Below are positions 1 through 8,729 of a stretch of DNA of 64,000 bases, piece after piece. The position numbers were made by a program, and so were the translations under genes. Positions within the stretch are counted from its first letter, which is position 1. The number at the start of each line of letters is the position of its first letter. This stretch comes from Planctomycetota bacterium (lineage in GTDB: Bacteria > Planctomycetota > UBA8742 > UBA2392), in NCBI GenBank assembly GCA_019636215.1, contig JAHBXZ010000015.1, forward strand, positions 11,540-75,539, given 5' to 3'. The notes beneath the pieces were generated by a model. It did no database searches. It saw nothing but the letters and a program-made list of their open reading frames with translations, and was not told the DNA's origin.

Positions 1-126
1 GGCGGCCTGCAGGCCCAGCCGCAACGGGTGATGGCAAAGGCCCACATAGTGGAGAAGCCCGGCGAGCTGCGCTTCTGCACCAGCCTGGACCAGGCAATTG
101 AGGAAGCCAAACGAGCAGCGGTTTGA
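1..126 (+). CDS. 3' end of a CDS truncated by the window edge (product unknown)
   Basis: Frame 1 is open from base 1 to TGA at 124-126 (...GELRFCTSLDQAIEEAKRAAV*). Too short to assign a family. Confidence 0.35.
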   Translation, partial: GGLQAQPQRVMAKAHIVEKPGELRFCTSLDQAIEEAKRAAV

Positions 127-298
127 AGGGCGGAGTCGTGTATCTGCAGCACGGCAAAACAGCAGGGCCTGGTGCGTCCCGCGGCGTTCAGCGTGCCGCC
201 ATTCACCACACGCCAGGCGCGAGACACCAGACACTGCAGTTCGCCCTGGCCAAAACCATTCCTTGCATCGCCCCTTGCGTACCCCTATAAGCGTAAGC

Positions 299-330
299 GC
301 GTCGGGCGTGTTGCCGACGCTTATTTTTTT
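299..330 (+). terminator. Intrinsic terminator-like hairpin
   Basis: GCGTCGG (299-305) pairs with CCGACGC (314-320) around an 8-nt loop, followed by TTATTTTTTT (321-330). Confidence 0.55.
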
Positions 331-359
331 GCCCTCGCCATTGCGAAAGAGCCGAGACC

Positions 360-2615
360 ATGGTCAGCAGCCTGAATAAAGAGACAGCCCGCATCACCCA
401 ACTGATCAAGCAGGAGCAACTTGGCGAGATTGAATCCGCCTGGTCGGACGCCCTGCAGAAGGCCCCCAAGGAAATTGAAACCTTCCTCAGCCTGGCCGAC
501 AAACTGACCCGCAGCGGCCATGGCGAAAAGGCCGGCACCCTGCTGGAACAGGTGGTCTCCAAGCTGGATTCGCTGTCCGAGCCGCGTCTGGCCGCTGAAG
601 TGCTGGCCGAGCTTGCCAAAGTCGCGCCGCGCAACGCCAACCAGAAGGCGCTGGCTCTTACCGTGTTCACCAATGCCTATGGCGCCCAGCCCGGCTTTGA
701 AAAGGCCATCGAGCGCGCCGAGACCGCATCCAAGGAAAACGAAAACCGCTTCGTCAAGGCGCTGTGCAACGAGATGGCGTTTCAGCCCGGCGACTGGCTG
801 CACCACGACGCCGGCTGGGGCCTGGGCCAGGTCAAGTCCATGGATGTGGGCGCGGCCGAGCTGATCATCGACTTCAAGGAAAAAACCGGCCACAAGGTCA
901 AGATGGGCGCGGCCGCCAACTTCTTCAAGAAGTTGCCGCCCGAGGACATCATGGTCCAGCGCGAGGCCGACATTGATGCCCTCAAGCGCCGCTGCAAGGA
1001 CGACCCGCAGGCGGTGATCCTTGGCATTCTCAAGGGCCACGACAACAAGAGCAATCTCAAGCGCATCAAGGCGGAACTGGTGCCGCGGGTGATTGACGCC
1101 AAGTCATGGACCAAGTGGTGGGCCAACGTGCGCAAGGACCTGGCGCGCCACCAGTACGTGCGCGTCGGCACCGGTGCCAACCCGGCGATTGAGCGCCTGG
1201 TGACGGCCATGACGCACGAGGACGAAACACGCGAACTGTTCGACAACGCCATCCGCCTGCCCCAGAAGCTGGCCGTGCTGCGGCGTTACCTGAAGGACAG
1301 CGCCGCTTCGGATGCCCGCAAGACGCTGCTGGAACACATTGGCGCGCAGGTGGCCGCCATCGTGCAGCGCGAAGGCGACCTGGATGCCCGCAACCGCGAC
1401 AGCGGCGCGTCGCTGGCCGGCGACCGCATTGTTGGCTGGTACATGATTGAAGACATCCGCAAGTGCGAACCCACGGCCAATGTGGGCTTGAACTACAGCA
1501 TTGACGACCTGGTGCGCGGCGCCGAAGACATCCTGCGCCGCATTGAGGAAGTGCGCGATTCCGATTACCAGGGCCGCGCCCTGCAGCAGCACACCAGGCT
1601 GGACAGCAACTGGCCGACCACATACGGCAAGGCGTTTCTCAAGAACCTTGCGTCGCTGTGGGACATGATTGCCCGCGCGCTGATTGACAATGGCAATGAA
1701 AAAGAACTGCACGACGCCCTGACCGCCGTGGCCGCCGACCCGGACGTCTACCCGTTGCAGTACCTGTGGTTCGCCAAGCGCGGCATCCTGGGCCAGTCGC
1801 TGCCCAAGTCCATCGCGTTGCCCACCGCGCAGGACCTGTTTGCCCGCATCCTGTGGGTGATGAACAAGGTGCTGACCCGCATCGAGCGCGGCGAAACCGG
1901 CATGAAGGAGACCCTGGCCACGCTGCGGGCCGCCATGACAGAGCGCAACTCACGCCTGCTGGCCACGGCCATTGAAGGCATTGCCGAGGAACGCGCGGCG
2001 CACCTGTTGCATGAGATTGACCGCTGCCGCGGGCTTTCGGACATCCATAACAGCACCCTGCGCGAGATTCTGCTGCGCAGCTTCCCCAACCTGCAGGCCA
2101 AGAAGGCAGCAGCACAGGCCGCGGAAGTCGAGGCCGAGGGCGGCGGGGAAATCCTGGCCACCGCAAACGGCCAGCGCAAGCGCGAGGCCGAGCTCAAGCG
2201 CATCCAGGAAGAAGAGCTGCCCGATGTGGCAAGGCAGATCGGCGAAGCGCTGGCGATGGGCGATATCTCGGAAAACGCCGAACTCGATGCCGCCCGCGAG
2301 CGCGAAGGACGCCTGAAGGAAGCCGCCAAGGGCATCATGGAAGAACTCAAGCGCGTGCGCGTGATTGAGTCCGGTGAAGTCGACCCCAGCAAGGCCGGCT
2401 TCGGCACCAAGGTCACCCTCAAGCGCGAGGACGGCAAGACCAAGGTCTACGAGATTTTCGGCCGTTACGAGGCCGATCTCGACCGCGGCATCATCAGCAT
2501 CGAGAGCCCGATCGCGCAGGGTATCCTGGGCAAGACCCCGGGCGAAAGCGCGCAGGTACAGACACCGGAGGGCGTCAAGAAGTACGACGTCATCAGCGTG
2601 GAACGCGCGTTCTAG
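360..2615 (+). CDS. Large GreA/GreB-domain protein: helical N-terminal region plus CarD/Tudor-like segment plus a complete C-terminal GreA-like module
   Basis: 751-aa ORF. The C-terminal ~150 aa read DISENAELDAAREREGRL...GFGTKVTLKREDGKTKVYEIFGRYEADLDRGIISIESPIAQGILGKTPGE, i.e. a GreA coiled coil plus FKBP-like domain. FQPGDWLHHDAGWGLGQVKSMD...LIIDF resembles the CarD_CdnL_TRCF RNAP-interacting domain. Confidence 0.85.
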   Translation: MVSSLNKETARITQLIKQEQLGEIESAWSDALQKAPKEIETFLSLADKLTRSGHGEKAGTLLEQVVSKLDSLSEPRLAAEVLAELAKVAPRNANQKALALTVFTNAYGAQPGFEKAIERAETASKENENRFVKALCNEMAFQPGDWLHHDAGWGLGQVKSMDVGAAELIIDFKEKTGHKVKMGAAANFFKKLPPEDIMVQREADIDALKRRCKDDPQAVILGILKGHDNKSNLKRIKAELVPRVIDAKSWTKWWANVRKDLARHQYVRVGTGANPAIERLVTAMTHEDETRELFDNAIRLPQKLAVLRRYLKDSAASDARKTLLEHIGAQVAAIVQREGDLDARNRDSGASLAGDRIVGWYMIEDIRKCEPTANVGLNYSIDDLVRGAEDILRRIEEVRDSDYQGRALQQHTRLDSNWPTTYGKAFLKNLASLWDMIARALIDNGNEKELHDALTAVAADPDVYPLQYLWFAKRGILGQSLPKSIALPTAQDLFARILWVMNKVLTRIERGETGMKETLATLRAAMTERNSRLLATAIEGIAEERAAHLLHEIDRCRGLSDIHNSTLREILLRSFPNLQAKKAAAQAAEVEAEGGGEILATANGQRKREAELKRIQEEELPDVARQIGEALAMGDISENAELDAAREREGRLKEAAKGIMEELKRVRVIESGEVDPSKAGFGTKVTLKREDGKTKVYEIFGRYEADLDRGIISIESPIAQGILGKTPGESAQVQTPEGVKKYDVISVERAF

Positions 2616-2660
2616 AGACAGCGGCAGAAACCCGCGCCCGGGGCCGTCCCCGGGCGCGCT

Positions 2661-5600
2661 TCATTTGCGCAGCCCCTTGAGGCGTTCGATCTGGGCACGG
2701 AACTCGTCGGCGTCAGGATCCTTGGGCCGCAGCTTGAGGTAGAGCTCAAGGTCGGCAATCGCGGCCTCGTAGTTGCCCAGTGCCTCATGGATGTCCGCGC
2801 GCAGGGTGAACAGCGGGGGCAGGCCTTCGCCTTCCAGGGCGTACACGGCGTTGGCATCAACCAGCGCGCCGCGGGCGTCGCCCTGCTGCAGTCGCGCCCC
2901 GGCGCGGTTGATCAGGCTCACCATCTGGTCAGGTGCCAGGTCAATCGCGCGGGTGTTGTCGCGGATCGCCGCGCCCCAGTCCTCCAGGGACGCGTGAAGC
3001 GCCGCGCGCAACTGCCAGTTCGCGGCGCTGTCCGGGTCGAGGTCCAGTGCCTTGTTCACCGAGGCCATGGCCTCGCGATTGAGGCCGAGCAGCCGCTGCA
3101 CTCCGGCCAGTTCGCGGTAGGTATCGGGAATGCGCGGCATCAGCAAGATCGCGGTTTCAAAGTCCTTCATCGCCCCGTGCGGGTCAATGGGGTCACGTGC
3201 GGCGCGGGTCGCGGGCAGGGCACGGTGCTGTGCACGCGAACGCCAGGTCATCCAGTCCTTGGGTGCCAGTGCCACGGCGCGGTCATGCATTTCCAGTGCG
3301 CGGGCGTTGCGGCTTTCCCAGGTTTCGGGCCCGGGCACGACGTGAATCAGCCTGGCCCGCAGGCTGAGCGCCCGGGCGAAGTTCGGGCGTTCCGCCAGCT
3401 GCTGGTCCAGGTTCCTGGCAATCACCGTGTTCGGCATGTCGTTGAAGATCGAGTGTGCGGACTGGGCAAAGATCATGCGTGGTTCTTCTTTGTCCGGCTG
3501 CAGAGCAATGGCCTTGCGCGCCAGGGCCGAGGCCGCGACGCGGTTGCCCTGCTCCAGGTGCAGCCGTGCCAGCAGCGCCAGCCCGTCAAAGTCTTCGGGC
3601 TCCACCAGGTTGGACGGCGCGGGTACGCGGCCGACGTGCCGGCGCACGCGGACCCAGACCAGCGACTCTACGCCGTGCTTTGCCAGCAGCTTCAGCAGCG
3701 GGTCAAAGGCCGCCTCGTGCCCCATCTTGCACAGGGTGATTGCGATGCGGATCGTCACTTCCTCGTCCGACAGCGCCAGCATGAGCTCTGCCAGCGCTGG
3801 CACGGCCTGCGCAGGGGCCGCTGCCAGCAGCAGTACCTCGCTGGCGAACTCGATCTCCAGGCGGCGGCGCGCGTCCAGCACGACCCACTCGCCGGCCGTG
3901 CTGCAGACGTCGGCAAGCGCAGCAATCAGCATCTGTGCCGTCTGTTCCTCCCGCCACGGGCCGACTTCGGCGACATACAGGCGCACCTGGTCGGCATTGA
4001 CGGACACTCCCGAGTCATCTTTGCCCCGGCGGATGAAGCCCAGGATCTCGTTGATCCGTGCCGCGCGCTTGCGCTGCAACGCCTGGCGCGCCTGCAAGAG
4101 GCTGTATCGCGCGTCTGCCAGCCGCTGTTCGGGGCCGTCGGTTCCGTCCAGGATCAATTCTGCCATCGCAAAGTCGTCGTTCAGCGATGCCAGCATCACC
4201 GCCAGAAGCCGGTCTTCCAGCAGCGCGCCGGCCAGTGCCGCAAGTTCGTTTTGCGGCAGCAGGTTCTCCGCGACTCCGGCCACCGGCTCGGTGGCCAGCC
4301 GATGCAGTTCGCGCCGTGCGTTGGCGATAGCCAGCAGCCGCGCGCAAGCCTGCGAGGCCTCCGGTCGCGGGCCGTAGTAGCGCCGCTGTTCGGGCGTCCG
4401 CGCCAGCAGCGAGTGCAGCAGTTCGCGGGCCTGGCGGTCGGATTCCTTTGGCTCCAGTGCCGCAAGGCGCGAAACCGCCCCGGCCACGGCTTCCTGCCGC
4501 TGCAGAACCAGTTCCGCGCGTTCACGCTTCTGGCGTGCCTGCAGGGCCTCGCGTTCGGCCTGTTCGGCGTCGGCCCGGGCCAGTGCATCGCGCGCGGCGT
4601 CGCGCTCACGCGCGACGTTGTAGATGCTGAAGCTGATCACGGTCACCAGTGCCATCGCCGCCAGCGCGCTGACCAGCGTGGCGGCACGGTTGCGCGCCAC
4701 AAACCGCCGCGCAAGTTCCAGCGAGCTGTAGTCGTACACGCTGAGGTTGCGGCCGTCGCGAAAGGCCTGCACTTCGCGCGCCAGGGCTTCGGCACTGGGC
4801 AGGCGGACGGAACGCTCGCGCTCCATGGCGCGTTCACACAGGCGCACCAGGTCAGGCGGCGCGCCGGGACTGGCCTGGGCCAGGGGCTCCGGCCGGCCGT
4901 TGACGACCTTTTCAAGGATGGAGTCCGCTCCCATGCCCTCAAAGGGCGGGCGGCCGGACAGCAGCTCGTACAGGATCGCGCCCAGCGAATACACGTCGCT
5001 CTTTTCGTCCACCAGTTCCAGTTGCCCCCGCGCCTGCTCGGGCGGCATGTAGGCCGGGGTGCCGATTACCGTGCCGTCCACGGTGTGGCTGTCGCGCCCG
5101 TTGCGCACCAGCGACGGCGACACCCGCGCGGGCCCGGCGGTGCTTTCTTCGTTGCCCACGCGGGCAAGCCCCCAGTCCAGCACCACGGTTTCGCCGAAAC
5201 TCCCCAGCATGATGTTCTGCGGCTTCAGGTCGCGGTGAATCACGCCGCGGCTGTGCGCATACGCAATCGCGTGACACACGGCCAGGAAGGACTCGATCAG
5301 CTGCAGGCGCATGGCGCGCTTGTCGGTGTCCGGGCGGCCGCTGTGGCGGATCTCGGCCAGCTTCTCGGCCAGGCTGCGGCCACGCACCAGCTTCATGGTG
5401 TAGAAGATGCTGCCGTCGTCGCGCCGGCAGATTTCATACACCGGCACGATGTTCGGGTGTTCCAGTTGGCCGGTTACTTTGGCTTCGCGAACAAAGCGTT
5501 CCACGGCCTGGGGATTGGGGTCGCTGCGCGCGCCCGAGCTGCCCTCGTGGGGGCCAAGGACTTCTTTCAACGCGACTTCGCGGCCCACGGCGGTGTCCAC

Positions 5601-6182
5601 GGCCACCAGGATGCGGCCCATGCCGCCGCGGGCGAACTCGCGCTTGATGGCATAGCGCCCGGCACCGCTGACAGGCAGTTGCGCGCGCAGTTCTTCCAGC
5701 CGCCCGCGCGCGACATCCGTCAGCGCCGCGCGGGCGCGCGTCTTGGCATCGCTGGCACCGGGCCGCAGCGAAAGCAGGGACTCAGCCTGCTGTTCGGAAA
5801 GGCCCAAGCCCTGCAGTGCCGAGCCACCCTGCTGCATCAGCGCATCCAGTTCCACGGTGAGGGTGCCGACATCGGCCCCGGGGTTGATGGCCAGCACAGT
5901 GCCGAAGTCGTCGGGGCTGGCCGGTGCGGGCGCGGCGGGGACGGGCGCGGCAGGCGCTGGCGTGTGGACTGGTGCGGGTGGGGCGTCCATAACGCCGTCA
6001 AGCATGGACATGGCGTCATCGGGAGAGATAAAGCCGCGTTTTACGGCCAGCACCGCGGCCAGCACGGCGCGGCGGCGTGATTCAGCGTCGTCGTTGCCGG
6101 TCATGACGGGCTCCGGGCGGTTGCCGCGCATCGGCAATAGTGTGGGGCGGCCTTTGCGGGGTTGCGAAGGCAGGATAAACAA
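2661..6182 (-). CDS. Ser/Thr protein kinase with a TM segment and long HEAT/TPR C-terminal region
   Basis: 1173-aa ORF with Hanks kinase motifs (VALKEV, HRDLKPQNIML, DWGLA, GTPAYMPPE). A hydrophobic segment (TLVSALAAMALVTVISFSIY) follows, then TPR-like repeats to the C-terminus. Start is uncertain (alternatives at 6131 and 6104). Confidence 0.9.
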   Translation of the reverse strand: MFILPSQPRKGRPTLLPMRGNRPEPVMTGNDDAESRRRAVLAAVLAVKRGFISPDDAMSMLDGVMDAPPAPVHTPAPAAPVPAAPAPASPDDFGTVLAINPGADVGTLTVELDALMQQGGSALQGLGLSEQQAESLLSLRPGASDAKTRARAALTDVARGRLEELRAQLPVSGAGRYAIKREFARGGMGRILVAVDTAVGREVALKEVLGPHEGSSGARSDPNPQAVERFVREAKVTGQLEHPNIVPVYEICRRDDGSIFYTMKLVRGRSLAEKLAEIRHSGRPDTDKRAMRLQLIESFLAVCHAIAYAHSRGVIHRDLKPQNIMLGSFGETVVLDWGLARVGNEESTAGPARVSPSLVRNGRDSHTVDGTVIGTPAYMPPEQARGQLELVDEKSDVYSLGAILYELLSGRPPFEGMGADSILEKVVNGRPEPLAQASPGAPPDLVRLCERAMERERSVRLPSAEALAREVQAFRDGRNLSVYDYSSLELARRFVARNRAATLVSALAAMALVTVISFSIYNVARERDAARDALARADAEQAEREALQARQKRERAELVLQRQEAVAGAVSRLAALEPKESDRQARELLHSLLARTPEQRRYYGPRPEASQACARLLAIANARRELHRLATEPVAGVAENLLPQNELAALAGALLEDRLLAVMLASLNDDFAMAELILDGTDGPEQRLADARYSLLQARQALQRKRAARINEILGFIRRGKDDSGVSVNADQVRLYVAEVGPWREEQTAQMLIAALADVCSTAGEWVVLDARRRLEIEFASEVLLLAAAPAQAVPALAELMLALSDEEVTIRIAITLCKMGHEAAFDPLLKLLAKHGVESLVWVRVRRHVGRVPAPSNLVEPEDFDGLALLARLHLEQGNRVAASALARKAIALQPDKEEPRMIFAQSAHSIFNDMPNTVIARNLDQQLAERPNFARALSLRARLIHVVPGPETWESRNARALEMHDRAVALAPKDWMTWRSRAQHRALPATRAARDPIDPHGAMKDFETAILLMPRIPDTYRELAGVQRLLGLNREAMASVNKALDLDPDSAANWQLRAALHASLEDWGAAIRDNTRAIDLAPDQMVSLINRAGARLQQGDARGALVDANAVYALEGEGLPPLFTLRADIHEALGNYEAAIADLELYLKLRPKDPDADEFRAQIERLKGLRK

Positions 6183-6241
6183 AACGCCAGGAATTCGCCT
6201 GCATTACCACGCGGTGAAAATCGGCGTGGTATAGTTCAGGC

Positions 6242-6434
6242 GTTGACAACATAAGACCAGTTTGCCGGCTCCTACGGGCTGTCTCCTTTTAAGGGGGGGA
6301 GATGGTTTTGGAGTCGGAACGCGCAGTCGGGCAGGATCGTGACTTCGGTTTTTAAGGGGGACTGAAGTTATCTCTGTTCGCCTGCGCACCTTATAAGCGG
6401 GCCGTCCTTCGGGGCGGCCCGCTGTCATTTTTTT
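6242..6434 (+). other. Candidate small independent transcript (sRNA or 17-codon mini-ORF 6302-6355)
   Basis: Extended -10-like TGgTATAGT at 6227-6235. SD-like AAGGGGGGGAG sits directly before ATG 6302 (MVLESERAVGQDRDFGF*). The region ends in a strong + strand terminator at 6397-6434. No + strand CDS is nearby. Confidence 0.3.
6397..6434 (+). terminator. Intrinsic terminator (11-bp stem, UUCG tetraloop, T7 tract)
   Basis: GCGGGCCGTCC-TTCG-GGGCGGCCCGC at 6397-6422, then TGTCA and TTTTTTT (6428-6434). The T-tract is present only in the + orientation. Confidence 0.7.
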
Positions 6435-6504
6435 CCGGCAGGTCGATGCCACCTCGGCGCTGACAGTCCGGGCAAGCAACGGCACCGCGCGCTTGCGGCT
6501 CCTG

Positions 6505-7506
6505 TTACACGCCAATCGAATAATCGCGCAGTTCGCGGCTGAGGGCTCTTAGATACATCGCCAGCACAAACCCCACGCACACCGCGTCGGGGGCTTCCTT
6601 CTTGAGGTCATAGCGCAGGCCCAGTGTGCGGCCCGCGTCGTCGTCCAGCGTGATCATCAGTTCGCCGTACCCGCCGCCTTCGCCCGCGCGGACGCGGATC
6701 ATGCGCCGCTGGCCCCGCGAGTATTCGGGGTTGGTGGCGTGCGAGAAATAGCGGTCCAGAAACTCGCGGTCCAGCTTGGCAAAGAAGTCCGACACAATCC
6801 CGGCGTGGCCGTGCTGGCTCCAATTCGTGTTCAGGTTGCCGGTGTTCTTGACCCAGTGCTTCAGCTGGTCCTCCAGCCGGTTGGCAACGACTTCGGTTTT
6901 GCGCACGTTGCTGCGCGTCAGCATCATGGTGCGGGCGCGCTGTTCGTGGCTCTTGCGCTGGGTGGACTCAATCTCGGCGCGCAGCTTGAACAATTCCTTA
7001 CCCTGTTCCTGCACCTGCTTTTTCAGCGCGTCGCGCTGGGCGTCCACTTCGCCCAGCAGTTCTTCGGCGGCACTCAGCTCCGTCTGCAACTGCGAAAGCT
7101 CGGCGTCGTGGGCGCCCAGGTCGCTTTCGTGCTTGCCCAGTTCGCGCGCCTTTTCGGCAAGTTCCTGGGCGCTGGCCAGCGCAATCGTCACGCCGGCGTC
7201 GCCCTTGCCGCCGATCGCGCCCAGGCCGTCCATCAGGCGCTTGCGTTCGGCCAGTGCCTTGTCGCGTTGCGCCTGCACGGCGGCAATGCGGGCCTTGAGT
7301 TCCTCCAGTGTGCCGGCTTGGACGGCGCGAGTGGCATCAAGCGCCGCGACATCGGGCACGGGTGCCGCGGCCTGCGCAGCGCGTGCGGCCGCAGCTTTTC
7401 GAGGCCCGCGCAGCACAACGAAGTACATCACCAGGCCGATCACGCCGCCGATGACAAGAAAACGCATGACTTCGCCGACTACCTGTCCCGTGTCGATGGC
7501 AAGCAT
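6505..7506 (-). CDS. Hypothetical membrane-anchored coiled-coil protein
   Basis: 333-aa ORF with an N-terminal TM helix (FLVIGGVIGLVMYFVVL), ~150 aa of heptad-like Ala/Glu/Leu/Lys-rich sequence and a globular C-terminus. No motif recognised. Confidence 0.7.
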   Translation of the reverse strand: MLAIDTGQVVGEVMRFLVIGGVIGLVMYFVVLRGPRKAAAARAAQAAAPVPDVAALDATRAVQAGTLEELKARIAAVQAQRDKALAERKRLMDGLGAIGGKGDAGVTIALASAQELAEKARELGKHESDLGAHDAELSQLQTELSAAEELLGEVDAQRDALKKQVQEQGKELFKLRAEIESTQRKSHEQRARTMMLTRSNVRKTEVVANRLEDQLKHWVKNTGNLNTNWSQHGHAGIVSDFFAKLDREFLDRYFSHATNPEYSRGQRRMIRVRAGEGGGYGELMITLDDDAGRTLGLRYDLKKEAPDAVCVGFVLAMYLRALSRELRDYSIGV

Positions 7507-7592
7507 GGCCGCAATCTAGCAGGCCAGGGGCCGACCCGAACACGTCAAGTTTGGCATTTGTAGCAGTGCGTAAGTGATGCTTGTGTAACTAG

Positions 7593-8108
7593 TTATGTGA
7601 AGTTCGAGGCCTCGCAAAGGCCTGTGCTTGTAATCGCAGCGGGTGCCAGAAACGCGCCACCCAGACCGCAACTGCCGGGCTGTTCTGTTGGCGGCACCAG
7701 GCGATAGGTTTTGCCATCGGCGCTCAGGCCTGTGGCGTCGCCGAACACTTCCACCCGCGTGGCCGTGGGCACGGCAAAGATGGTCAGGAAGCTGGGTTTT
7801 TCGACGTCGGCAATGATGGTCCACCCCACCATGTAACTCTGGAAATCCGCGCTTTCGTCGGTGAAGCCCGTGACCGTCAGGAACGGCACGTAATCCGGGT
7901 CATCGGTCCAGTTGCCGCCCGTCGTGTTGTCGCCGGTGTGGAAGTCATAGACCACAAACCCCTGGTTCTGCCCGTTCAGCGCCGCATACACCGGGGCCAA
8001 AGCCCCGCCCACATCGGCCACCACAACCGTGCTGGAGGTAGTGTCATCCACCCGCGCCGTGATGTAACGGTCGCCCGTGCTGCCCGGCCTTGAGGTCAGC
8101 AGTTCCAT
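7593..8108 (-). CDS. Toxin-less paralogue of the N-terminal domain of the RHS-core toxin (9654-10065), with a short unique 33-aa tail
   Basis: From MELLTSRPGSTGDRYITARV... to ...DATGLSADGKTYRLV it is ~85-90% identical to residues 4-140 of ORF 8650..10074. Homology starts exactly at the ATG (8108 versus 10065). The ORF track extends to 8141. Confidence 0.65.
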   Translation of the reverse strand: MELLTSRPGSTGDRYITARVDDTTSSTVVVADVGGALAPVYAALNGQNQGFVVYDFHTGDNTTGGNWTDDPDYVPFLTVTGFTDESADFQSYMVGWTIIADVEKPSFLTIFAVPTATRVEVFGDATGLSADGKTYRLVPPTEQPGSCGLGGAFLAPAAITSTGLCEASNFT

Positions 8109-8243
8109 TTCTGTCACCCGTCTGCTCGGTTCAACAAACAAAGTAGCCTGACGCCGTTAACCGCACTTCGTCAACGGGTTCGACAGACGCTTGACTGCGA
8201 TCCGTTGACCGCTACCAGTTTTCATGCGCTAAAGATGTCCTGA

Positions 8244-8729
8244 CTACGATTGCGGCTCTGTTGCACCGGCGCGAATCTCGCGCAACTTCTCGGTTACGCG
8301 AGTTCCAAAGTCGCTGAGGCTCTCATTCGGGTCCTCGATAAGTATGTCCCCGTTTTCTCGGCGAAGGACAAACTTTGGTGGATCACCCGAATACCGATCA
8401 ACGACAAATCGCTGTACGACCGTGCGGGCGGATTGATTGCCGTCACTGTGGCGCACCAAAACAAACTCCAAGGGGAAGGAGCCCCTATGGACCAGTTGCC
8501 CGATTTCAGCTTCCGAAAGAAGCGCGTCTGAGTTGTCAGGATGAGCCAGTACGAATCCCACAGCCTGTTTTGGTATGTGTGCAGAACTAGCGCACGCAAC
8601 ACCAGAAACAAGGAGCAGGACCAGGAATGCGCAAGTCTGAATTGCACGCCTATCTAAGCCATGCGTCAACGCCGGCATCGTGAATCTCCTGAGCTTTGCG
8701 ATTAATGTTAGTACGGTCTGCTCCTTCAA
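8244..8729 (-). CDS. Candidate immunity protein (lipoprotein-type signal peptide)
   Basis: 161-aa ORF immediately downstream of, and overlapping, the toxin 3' end (an alternative start at 8678 still overlaps). Signal/lipobox-like FLVLLLVSGVAC|ASS. Low GC like the toxin C-terminal module. Confidence 0.6.
   Translation of the reverse strand: MKEQTVLTLIAKLRRFTMPALTHGLDRRAIQTCAFLVLLLVSGVACASSAHIPKQAVGFVLAHPDNSDALLSEAEIGQLVHRGSFPLEFVLVRHSDGNQSARTVVQRFVVDRYSGDPPKFVLRRENGDILIEDPNESLSDFGTRVTEKLREIRAGATEPQS

Noticed and set aside
2787-6080. 1097-aa ORF on the + strand
   Set aside because: It is entirely antisense to the Ser/Thr kinase gene, which has unambiguous Hanks motifs. The translation is Arg/Gly/Ala/Gln-rich with no motifs, as expected for a shadow ORF in ~65% GC DNA.
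6183-6440. Known housekeeping ncRNA (tmRNA, RNase P RNA, SRP RNA, 6S)
   Set aside because: None of the signature motifs I know is present (tRNA-like acceptor/T-arm, the GGAAAGTCCGG P4 region, the SRP domain IV GGAA/AGCA loops). The region is kept only as an unclassified sRNA or micro-ORF candidate.
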